From an uncultured Bacillota bacterium (GTDB lineage Bacteria; Bacillota; Clostridia; Oscillospirales; Oscillospiraceae): 64,000 nt of DNA. The translations under genes and the position numbers were made by a program. The notes under the pieces were generated by a model. The model did no database searches. It worked only from the letters and a program-made list of their open reading frames with translations, and was not told the DNA's origin. The stretch is from NCBI GenBank assembly GCA_947650875.1, contig CANSXE010000002.1, positions 1,232-65,231 of the forward strand, given 5' to 3'. Below are positions 39,233 through 48,300 of the stretch, piece after piece; the stretch's first letter is position 1, and each line of letters starts with the position of its first letter.

Positions 39233-40039
39233 TTATTTTTTCTGGAAAGTGGACGGAGCGATTGTTATGTATGGGGCGTCCTTGCTCAGATTCTCTGAGT
39301 GGCTGATCATCAGATAGCCGCCGGGGACAGTGGCGTCGTAGAACCGGCGCACTAAGGCGTCCTTGGTGGGCTGATCGAAGTAGATCATCACGTTGCGGCA
39401 GAAGATTACGTCAAACTTAGTGCGGAACTTGATGGGGTCCATCAGGTTAAAGGTCTGGAAAATTACGTTGTTGCGCACCTCGGGGGTGACGGCGTACCGG
39501 TTGCCCTCGATCTTTTTGAAGTATTTCTTCCGCCAGATGGCGGGCACTGTGTCCGGCACCTCATAGATGCCCTGCTTGGCTTTGGACAGGGCCTGCTGAG
39601 AGATGTCGGTGGCCAGAATACGGGTGTCCCACTGACTGGCCTGGAGCCCCAGAAACTCCTTGATGCACATGGTGAGGTTATAGGGCTCCTCGCCGCTGGA
39701 GCAGCCGGCGCTCCAGATGGCGATAGACTTTTTATTCTGGTATTTGCGCACCAGCTCGGGCATGATGACCTTGGTAAAAAAGTCGAAGTGCTCATTTTCC
39801 CGCATGAAAAAGGTGTAGTTGGTGGTCAAACGGTTGAGGACCAGCTCCATTTTCTGGGGGTTGCGCTCCTTCAGCAGATTGCTGACGAAGGGGCCAAAGT
39901 CGTTGAAGCCCTGTTCCGATACCAAGGAGGACAGCCGGCTGGTAACAAGCTGCCGCTTTTCCTGAAGCGTGATGCCATATTGGGTTTTAATAAAATTTGT
40001 CAGTTTGCGGAAATCTTCATCCGAGATAGTCTGTATCAT
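39233..40039 (-). CDS. cheR: Chemotaxis methyltransferase CheR
   Basis: TTNYTFFMRE, WSAGCSSGEEPY, IFCRNVMIYF motifs. Confidence 0.95.
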   Translation of the reverse strand: MIQTISDEDFRKLTNFIKTQYGITLQEKRQLVTSRLSSLVSEQGFNDFGPFVSNLLKERNPQKMELVLNRLTTNYTFFMRENEHFDFFTKVIMPELVRKYQNKKSIAIWSAGCSSGEEPYNLTMCIKEFLGLQASQWDTRILATDISQQALSKAKQGIYEVPDTVPAIWRKKYFKKIEGNRYAVTPEVRNNVIFQTFNLMDPIKFRTKFDVIFCRNVMIYFDQPTKDALVRRFYDATVPGGYLMISHSENLSKDAPYITIAPSTFQKK

Positions 40040-40076
40040 CTCAGCGCTCCCTCCCTTTCAGTTTGTGCATTCTGAA

Positions 40077-40556
40077 TCAGTCGTGGAGCAGCAGTTCGCA
40101 GTCCAGTTCCAGCATGGTGTGGCCGTCGGCCAGGGTGCACATGCCAGAGACCATGGCATGGCCGCTGCTGGTGGGAACGGGCAGGATTGCCTCCAGGGGT
40201 ACGTCTACCATCTGCTCCACCATGTCCACCAGAATGCCAACCTCGTTGCCGTCTACGTTTACGACGACACAGCAAAAGTTATCCTTGGGCATTTTGCCCA
40301 GGCGCAGCCGGATATCCACGATGGGGACAATCTGGCCGCGCAGGTTGATAACACCGCGTACATAGCTGGGCACCTTGGGGAGGTAGGTGATGGTATAGTC
40401 GGTGTTGATATCCTTCACAAGCTCGGCCTTAATGCCATACATCAGGCCGTCGGAGGAGAAAATCAAATATTTTTCGGTGGCGATCTCGGGCAGCTGATCG
40501 GTATACTCGTCAATTTGAGCCTCGGTCGCGAACATTAAGTCGTTGGTTTTGGACAT
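40077..40556 (-). CDS. cheW: Chemotaxis protein CheW
   Basis: GVINLRGQIVPIVD, GILVD motifs. Confidence 0.92.
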   Translation of the reverse strand: MSKTNDLMFATEAQIDEYTDQLPEIATEKYLIFSSDGLMYGIKAELVKDINTDYTITYLPKVPSYVRGVINLRGQIVPIVDIRLRLGKMPKDNFCCVVVNVDGNEVGILVDMVEQMVDVPLEAILPVPTSSGHAMVSGMCTLADGHTMLELDCELLLHD

Positions 40557-40584
40557 AGTTAACTCTCCCTTCTGCCGTCCTGAA

Positions 40585-42699
40585 TTAATAGATATTGTGG
40601 GCGGCGGTGTATACGTTGGTCACGTCCAGAATGATGCTGATGCTGCCGTCGCCCAAAATGCTGCAGCCGGTAATGCCGAAATTTTTCACGTTGAAGCTGT
40701 TGATGTAGCTGGGCAGGGGCTTTACCACGATCTGCTGCTCGCCCAGCAGCTCATCCACAAACAGGCAGTAGGAGTGCTCGCCGGACTCCACCCACATGAG
40801 GATGCCGTCCTCGATATTGTCGCAGCCCTGCTCCATGCAGAACAGCTCCTTGGCCCGGATGATGGGGTAGAAGTTGTCCCGAATCTTGACCATTTCACCC
40901 TGGTGGGGGTCGTGGATGACGTCTTCGGCGCTGACCTTCAGGGAGGACTGGATGGAGTTGATGGGGATGGTGAACATGGAATCACCCACCGACACCTCCA
41001 TGCCGTCCATAATGGCCATGGTCAGGGGGATTTTCAGGGTGGTGGTCATGCCCTTGCCCCAGTCGCTGGAGATGGACACGGTGCCGCCCACGTCGGCCAC
41101 GTTCTTCTTCACCACGTCCATGCCCACGCCACGGCCGGAGTACTCGGTGACCTCGGTATTGGTGGAGAAGCCGGGCATCATCAGGAAGTTGAGAATTTCC
41201 TTCTGGCTGTACTCGTGGTCAGGGGCGGCCAGGCCCTGGCGGATGGCCTTGTTCAGCACGGCCTGGGTGTCAACCCCCTGGCCGTCGTCCTTGATCTCGA
41301 TAATGACCTCGCTGCCGGTGTGCCGGGCGGAGAGGATCACCTCGCCCACCGGGTCCTTGCCGGCGGCGATGCGGTCGGCTTCGCGCTCCTCCAGGCCGTG
41401 GTCCATGGAGTTGCGGACGATGTGCATAATGGGGTCGCCAATGGCGTCCACAATGGTTTTATCCACTTCGGTGTCCTCGCCAATGAGGGTGAGCTTGGCC
41501 CGCTTGCCCAGCTTCTTGCTCATATCCCGGACGATGCGGTTCATCTTCTGGAAGGTGCCGGAAACGGGCACCATGCGCAGAGACATGGACACATCCTGAA
41601 GGTCGTCGGTGAGCTTGCGCAGGTCACGGGCGGACTTGGTGAAGTTGTCCAGCCGCAGTCCCCGCAGGTCGGGGGAGGAGGTGACCATAGACTCGGTGAT
41701 GACAATTTCGCTGACCACGGCCAGCAGCTGGTCCAGCTTGGCCAGGTTGACGCTGATGAGACTCTCCTTAGCGTGCTGCTGGCCCGGCGCGGGCGCCGGG
41801 GCCGGCTTGGCCGCGGAGACGGGAGCCGCGTCGGCCTTGGGGGCATCCGCGGCGGCGGGGGCGGAGGGAGCCCGGGAGTCGTGCACCGCGGCCTGTGTCT
41901 CAGGGGCGGGGCGGGCGGCGTCTACCGGCTGATACTCCCGGACAGAGCCGCCGTTCTTCACGGCGGGGAGGGACATCTCCCGGTCCTCGGGGGTGCGGAA
42001 CCAGATCAGGAAGCCCTGATCGGCAATCATATCAGTTGTGGAGGGGTCGGTTTCCACATTATCCGGGTAGGAGATAAAGTCGCCGCAGTAGTCCTTGATG
42101 CCGTTGAGCAGCATAAAGGCGCGCAGATTCTCCATTCCGCTGCCCTCGTCGAAGAAGACGTGGACGCCGTAGGGATAATCCTGATTGACGGCGTCAGCCA
42201 GAGGAAGAGCGGTCTCCTCCGCGGCGGCGCTCTCAGCCGGGGCGCTTTCCGCCGCAGCCGGAATATCCGCCGCAGGCGCGGCAGAATTGCCCTGAATTTT
42301 ATCAATCAGGCTATTAATTTTATTTACTATGTGGTCGATAGACTGAGAGAGTGGTTCATCGTTTTCCACCTTCTCAATTTCACTGCGGAAAAAGTCTACC
42401 GCCTGGAACAGCATATCAAACAGATCAGGCCGGGTTTGTTCAGGAACCACGTCCATACCCTTTTCCCGGACGAGGAAGAACATATCCTCAATCCGGTGTG
42501 CTACCGTCATCAGGGAGTTGAACTCCATCATAGCGGAGGAACCCTTGATTGTGTGCATGATACGGAATATCTCGTTGACATTATCCTCGGAGAATGTATC
42601 CGCCTCCTCCGCCGCCAGCAGGATGCCGTCCAGCTGCTCCAGCAGAGTGTTGGTTTCATATAAGTACATATCCAGAATGCTGTCGTTGCCGCTGCCCAT
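40585..42699 (-). CDS. cheA: Chemotaxis histidine kinase CheA
   Basis: Hpt IFRIMHTIKGSS, HIVRNSMDHG, DDGQG, SGRGVGMDVV, C-terminal CheW-like domain. Confidence 0.96.
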   Translation of the reverse strand: MGSGNDSILDMYLYETNTLLEQLDGILLAAEEADTFSEDNVNEIFRIMHTIKGSSAMMEFNSLMTVAHRIEDMFFLVREKGMDVVPEQTRPDLFDMLFQAVDFFRSEIEKVENDEPLSQSIDHIVNKINSLIDKIQGNSAAPAADIPAAAESAPAESAAAEETALPLADAVNQDYPYGVHVFFDEGSGMENLRAFMLLNGIKDYCGDFISYPDNVETDPSTTDMIADQGFLIWFRTPEDREMSLPAVKNGGSVREYQPVDAARPAPETQAAVHDSRAPSAPAAADAPKADAAPVSAAKPAPAPAPGQQHAKESLISVNLAKLDQLLAVVSEIVITESMVTSSPDLRGLRLDNFTKSARDLRKLTDDLQDVSMSLRMVPVSGTFQKMNRIVRDMSKKLGKRAKLTLIGEDTEVDKTIVDAIGDPIMHIVRNSMDHGLEEREADRIAAGKDPVGEVILSARHTGSEVIIEIKDDGQGVDTQAVLNKAIRQGLAAPDHEYSQKEILNFLMMPGFSTNTEVTEYSGRGVGMDVVKKNVADVGGTVSISSDWGKGMTTTLKIPLTMAIMDGMEVSVGDSMFTIPINSIQSSLKVSAEDVIHDPHQGEMVKIRDNFYPIIRAKELFCMEQGCDNIEDGILMWVESGEHSYCLFVDELLGEQQIVVKPLPSYINSFNVKNFGITGCSILGDGSISIILDVTNVYTAAHNIY

Positions 42700-42792
42700 A
42701 AAAACGCCACCTTTTCTCATTTGGTTTTTGGTTTTGGGCGAAGGGATGGCCCGCAGGCATAGTAACCCCGCCCATATCTAATCATACTCGAT

Positions 42793-42820
42793 ATATCGGC
42801 AGTGTCAATTAGAAAATTAA
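42793..42820 (-). promoter_or_regulatory. Sigma-D (sigma-28) promoter of the cheA operon
   Basis: TTAA-N16-GCCGATAT on minus strand. Confidence 0.7.
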
Positions 42821-42867
42821 GTTTCGCCGAAAAAAAAACGAACTTTTACTGAAATGGAGTGTCGCCA

Positions 42868-44298
42868 ATGCCAGATCTGCTTGGTGTGACCAACCCGGTA
42901 CCGGGTCATAACGACAACAATGTAAACCGAAATATGCCGGTTTCCACCAATGATCCCCGAATTCAGAACGCACCGGACCTGAATCGGGTAAGCCGGTCGG
43001 ACAACCGGACGGAGCGGCAGGACACCGGAGACGCCGCCCAGGGCCTTCGATACGACTCCAACTTTGCGGCCTTCCTCCGCCGTCTGGCCAGCACGCCCGA
43101 GCTGAGGGAGAGTTTGACCACCCTCTTCGCCATGTACGAGGGGACGGTGGTCTCCTCCGGCATCGAGGAGGGGCTGGCCGGCGAGATGGGCGCCCTGCTC
43201 AATATGCTGAAGATGGATGAGGCGGAGCTGGGCAAGTTTCTGTTCTCTCAAATGGCCAACGGCACCCGCTTCGGCGGGGCGCTGTTCAACGTTCTGCGGG
43301 AGGCCTTCGCCAACAGCAACTCAGATGCGGTGCGCAATAATATCCTGCAATTTTTGAAGAAGTACACCGACTACTCCTCCACCGACCATATTCAGGGCAA
43401 CCTGCTGCGCACCCTGACCCGGCTGACCCGGGCCATCCCCGCCAGCTATGGAAGCCAGCTGCTGCCCATGGTATCCCAGCTGGAGGAGCTGCTCAACGCC
43501 GGGAACCGGGCGGGGGCGCTGAAGCTGCTTCAGGGCTCTATCCTCACCTTCCTGTCGGGCTACACCAGCAAGACCAACGACATGGGCCTGTCCCGTACGC
43601 TGATCTCCATGCTGGCCCTGGATGTATCCAGACTGGAGAACGGCGGGGAGGACAGCCTGCTCCAGGCCTTCCATCAGATGATGAGCAGTCCCGGCCTGCG
43701 GGAGAAGCTGGGCGGGCTGTCTGACGAGGCGCTGCTGCGGCTGCTGAACAGCAGCAGCTTTGCCAAGGCCGCCGAGGGGGACCAGTTTGCCGCCCAGCTG
43801 GCCCGGGCGGCGCACACCGCCCTCCAAAACGGCTCGGGCAACGAGGTGCAGGAGGCGTTCCGGAATATTGTCTCCGCTTTCCTGGTGAATGAGAGCGTTC
43901 ACATGCCGCTGAACCATGTGCTGCTCCCCATGGAGTGGGACGGGAAAATGGCCTTTTCCGAGATGTGGGTGGACCCTGACGCCGAGGAGAACCTGAAGCG
44001 GGGCAGGGGAGAGCGGGAAAATGTTCTGCGTTTCCTGTTTAAAATCGACATCCAGAACCTGGGCTTCTTTGATATGGTGCTCACCTGTCAGGGAGAGAAG
44101 GTGGATGTGCAGGTATTCTGTCCGGAACGGGTGGCCCCCTTTTCCCAGATGGTCCAGGGGGAGCTGGCCCGTATTATTACCGACAACGGCCTGACCGCCA
44201 ACGCGGTTCAAGTTCAGCAGATGGTCCGGCCGTTGACCATCTCCGGGGTATTCCCCCGGATCTTTGAGGGGGAGAACAGCATTAATGTCAAGATATGA
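42868..44298 (+). CDS. Hypothetical protein, possibly with FliK-like C-terminal domain (YlqG-like)
   Basis: C-terminal LP......E.W....F..D..NLG...M.....V.V pattern; overlaps the FlhB-C gene. Confidence 0.55.
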   Translation: MPDLLGVTNPVPGHNDNNVNRNMPVSTNDPRIQNAPDLNRVSRSDNRTERQDTGDAAQGLRYDSNFAAFLRRLASTPELRESLTTLFAMYEGTVVSSGIEEGLAGEMGALLNMLKMDEAELGKFLFSQMANGTRFGGALFNVLREAFANSNSDAVRNNILQFLKKYTDYSSTDHIQGNLLRTLTRLTRAIPASYGSQLLPMVSQLEELLNAGNRAGALKLLQGSILTFLSGYTSKTNDMGLSRTLISMLALDVSRLENGGEDSLLQAFHQMMSSPGLREKLGGLSDEALLRLLNSSSFAKAAEGDQFAAQLARAAHTALQNGSGNEVQEAFRNIVSAFLVNESVHMPLNHVLLPMEWDGKMAFSEMWVDPDAEENLKRGRGERENVLRFLFKIDIQNLGFFDMVLTCQGEKVDVQVFCPERVAPFSQMVQGELARIITDNGLTANAVQVQQMVRPLTISGVFPRIFEGENSINVKI

Positions 44299-44650
44299 TA
44301 ACCGCGCCACCAACCGGGCTGTGGCCCTGAAGTATGAAGGGGAGGGCGCCCCGGTGGTGGTGGCCTCCGGAATGGGCTACCTGGCCGAGCGAATGGTGGA
44401 GGTGGCCTCTGAGAGCGGCGTCCCCATTTATGAGGACAACTCTCTGGCCACCATGCTGTCTCAGCTGGCCCTGGGCCAGGAGATTCCGGATGCGCTGTAC
44501 CATGCCATCGTGGAGATTTACGTCTACTTTTTGAACTTTGACCCCAACGATCCAGACAAGGCCAGGCGGGAACGTCAGGCCCTGACAAAGCAGGCAGAGG
44601 CGGCGGCACAGCCCGTTGTGCCCTCTGAAGCAGAGAAAGGAGAGTCCTAA
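44285..44650 (+). CDS. Stand-alone FlhB C-terminal domain protein (EscU/YscU/HrcU family, YlqH/FlhX-like)
   Basis: AVALKY..APVVVASG.G.LAE....A....VPI, L.LGQEIP..LY.AIVEI motifs. Confidence 0.85.
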   Translation: MSRYDNRATNRAVALKYEGEGAPVVVASGMGYLAERMVEVASESGVPIYEDNSLATMLSQLALGQEIPDALYHAIVEIYVYFLNFDPNDPDKARRERQALTKQAEAAAQPVVPSEAEKGES

Positions 44651-44651
44651 A

Positions 44652-45236
44652 ATGGCAGAGCGGATTTATTTGATTTTGGACAGCAAAAGCACCCCCCTGG
44701 CCAATGCGGTGCTGGAGTCCCCGCCCAATTCCGAGGTGCTCCAGATTCGTATTCTGGGCGGCAAGGAGGATAAGGTGGCCGAGCATCGGGAGATTCAGCT
44801 TATCGGCATGGACGACAGTACGCCCAACCGGGTGGGCGTTATCATTCGCCAGCGGGATGACAAAATGGTCATCCAGCCCACCGCCGCCCTGGGGCCCAAC
44901 GCCCGGGAAAACCTGCGCATCTTTACCGACTTTGAGAGCGTGATGTACCCCGTCACCGGGCGCTGGAAGGGGCAGCGGACGCTCAAGGCAAAGGATTTGA
45001 GCTGCGGCGGCATCGCCTTCTGGGCCGACAGAGCGCTGGAGGACCGGGAGATTGTAGAGATGGTCCTGCCCGTGACCGACGCCCCGCTGATTGTCAAAAC
45101 GCAGATTCTCCGGGAGCTGCCGGACGACACCACGGAGCAGCCCCTGTACGCCTCCAAATTTGTGGATCTGATTCAGGATGAGGAGGCCCTTATCCGTAAG
45201 GCGGTGTTCAGTATCCAGATTGACTCCGCTGACTGA
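44652..45236 (+). CDS. PilZ-domain protein
   Basis: RENLR and DLSCGG motifs. Confidence 0.8.
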   Translation: MAERIYLILDSKSTPLANAVLESPPNSEVLQIRILGGKEDKVAEHREIQLIGMDDSTPNRVGVIIRQRDDKMVIQPTAALGPNARENLRIFTDFESVMYPVTGRWKGQRTLKAKDLSCGGIAFWADRALEDREIVEMVLPVTDAPLIVKTQILRELPDDTTEQPLYASKFVDLIQDEEALIRKAVFSIQIDSAD

Positions 45237-45308
45237 TCTTGTTGATATGATGACGCCGGAGCTGACGGCCCCGCTTTTTCGCTGGAACACAGAAAGGAGA
45301 ACCACATA

Positions 45309-48300
45309 ATGTCCCATAGAACTAAAACCCAGAGCCGCACCTGGAGGGAGCGGGCTCTTTCCCTGTTTTTGGCCGCTGTTATGCTGTTCGGACTGCTGCC
45401 CGGACTGACCGTGCCCGCTGAAGCGCACTGGGCCGACGGCTACCTGGACCAGCTGGTGGACTGGGGTATTATTCGCCCGGATCAGACCACCAACCCGGAT
45501 GCCCCCCTTACCCGGGCGGAATTTACGGCGATTGTAAACCGCGCCTACGGATATACCGAGGTGGGGCCCATCCCCTTTACCGATGTGGTGAGCACCGACT
45601 GGTTCTATGACGATGTGGCCATCGCCTATACCGCGGGCTATATGGCGGGCACCTCCGCCACCACCGCGTCCCCCAACGCTTCCCTGACCCGGGAGCAGGC
45701 GGTGTGCATTCTGGGCCGCAACATGATGCTGAAGTCAACGGCGGGCGAGAGCCTGGCGTTTACCGACAGCCGCAGCGTGAGCGATTGGGCCCGGGGCACC
45801 ATCAAAACCGCTGTGGACAACTATATTGTCTCCGGCTATCCGGATAACACCTTCCAGCCCCTGGCAGCTGTCTCCAAGGCGCAGATGGCTGTGCTGATTA
45901 CGCAGTGTCTCGGAACGCCTGTCAGCCAGAGCGGCACCTACGAGCTGGGCGGCGTCTTCGGCAACGTGACCATCACTGCCCCTGACGTCACCCTGCGCAA
46001 CACCACCATCAGCGGAGATTTGTATATCTCCGGCGGCGTGGGCCTGGGCGGCATCAAGCTGGAGAACGTAAATGTGCTGGGCCGGATTATCGTCAGCAGC
46101 AGCGGCGAGAGCGAAAGCGGAGACGCCAGCGTGATTATGCGCAATGTGAACGCCAGAGAGATGCTGGTGGATAATATGCGCAACAAGACGGTTACCGTCC
46201 GGGCGGACGGCATCACCGAGATTGGCAATACCATTGTCCGCACCTCCGCCTACCTGGAGGACAATAACACCGACGACAAGGGCCTTCTCAACATCAGCCT
46301 GGAGGGCGAGCCGGGCATCCGTCTCACCCTGGCCGGACGGATCAAGAACGTTGTCAATAAGACGCCTCAGTCCACCGTTCAGGTGGCGAAGGGGACGGTG
46401 GCCAAGCTCACCGTGGACGAGAAAGCCACCAACTCTACTGTACAGATTGACCGCAACGCCGAGGTGAAGGAGCTGAACCTGGACGTCGGGACCAACGTTA
46501 TCGGTGAGGGCGACATCGGGAAGCTGAACGTCAATGCCCCTGGCAGCGTGGTGACTATGCTGCCTGACAAAATTTACATCCGGCCCGGTCTGGACGCCAG
46601 CATCGGCGGCATCATCATGGACAGCACCGCTGCGGAGGAGGGCTCTACAGACCCGAGGCTGCTGTCCGGCTATCCGGCTGCCAAGGATATCGCGCCCACC
46701 AGCTTCCGGGCCGATTTCTCCGGCAACAAGAAGGGTACCGTGTTCTGGGCCGTGAGCAGCATCAGCGACGGCTCCATCGGAGAGGAGGAGCTGATTAATC
46801 CGCCGTCCTACGGCTCCAAGGCGATTCAGGGCGGTTCGGTGGCTGCGGCTGCGGGCAATACCGTGGTTAACGCTCAGGTGACCGGTCTGACGGTGGCGGG
46901 CTCTTACTATCTGTCCGCTCTGCTGCGGGATGAGCAGGGCAGGACCAGCCCGGTGAAGGTGATCTCCTTCTCCACCCCGGACAACACCGTGCCCGCCTTT
47001 GCCCAGGGGTATCCCTACATGTCCAGGACTACCCGGGACGTGGCCCAGGTGACGGTGATGCCCACAAAGACCTGTAAGCTGTACTACGCCCTGCTGCCCC
47101 AGGGGGCTCAGGCACCTACGGTCAACGAGCTGAAGTCCGCTGCCGTGATCGGCAATCTGGGCTACGGCGTGCGGGACGTGACCAAGAACACCGAGGATGT
47201 GTTCACCGTGAACAACCAGCGGCTGGAGGAGCTGAAAAACTACGTCCTCTACCTGTGGCTCACCGACGTGAACGGCGCCAACAGCTCTGCGGTGCAGGCG
47301 CTGCCCTTCGTGGTGCCCGACGAGACGCCGCCGGAGTTTGTTGTGGACCTCCATGTGGACGGCAATGCCCAGGAGACCACTGTGCCTGTGGCGGCAACCT
47401 TAAACGAGAACGGCACCATCTACTGGGCCGTGGTGGAGTCGGGCGCCAAGTATCCTCTGCCCAACATGAACAGCGACCCGCTTTCTGAGGACAACGAGAT
47501 TGATCCGGAGACGGGCAATGTTGTCAGCTCCAAGCTGGACAGCGAGTATGCCAAGCTCTGCGTGAAAAGCGGTATGGGCGCTCTGGCCAGAGGGCAGACG
47601 GCGGCCCAGGGCAAGACGGAGGTTAAGTTTAATATTACCGGCCTGAAGGCGGAGAAGGCCTATGACCTGTACTACCTGGCCCAGGATACCGCCGGAAATT
47701 ATACGATAAAGGTGTATAAGCTGGAGGGCGGCATCCATACAAAGGACGTCAACGGCCCGGTGATTACCCAGAGCTTTACCTCGGTGCCCAGCCGGGACGA
47801 CCCGAACAGCCCCTGGGCCTCCACTGATATTGTGCTGGAGTTCAGCGAGAACATCCGATGCAGCGCCAGCGGAGAGGGTAAGGACTTCCTTACGCTCTAC
47901 AATAACAAGGTCAAGGCTGAGACTGCGGGTGAGATGACGAGCATTGATATAAAGCTGTTTCTCGACGCGCTGAAAACATCTATTGTCCTGTATCGGATTG
48001 ACCCTGAGTCGCAGACGCCTGAGAAAGTGGCGACAAAGCAGGACGACCCGGAGCCGGCTGATGATGTGTGGGTGGTCGATTACAGCAAGGTCACCGTTAC
48101 GACAAAGGGCGAGGGCCGGATCGTGGTCACCTTCCCCGGCACTGAGAGCGCTCCGGACAAACCGGCCGTGAGACTGGCCAACGGCGAGCAGTACTTTTTC
48201 AGGTTCAATTTTATCACGGATACCTCCCCTGAGATGAACCCGGTTGACCGGAACAACACCACTGTGGACTATACCAACGCGGAGGAGAAGCACTCCATTA

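Noticed and set aside
40543-42663. 706-aa ORF antisense to cheA, and similar long shadow ORFs over ftsH, MBOAT, dnaJ and larC
   Set aside because: Produced by GC3 bias, which removes stop codons on the opposite strand; the sense strand carries clear family motifs
42700-42860. c-di-GMP riboswitch upstream of the motility genes
   Set aside because: No GEMM-type pattern recognised; the region is explained by sigma-D boxes and a degenerate REP
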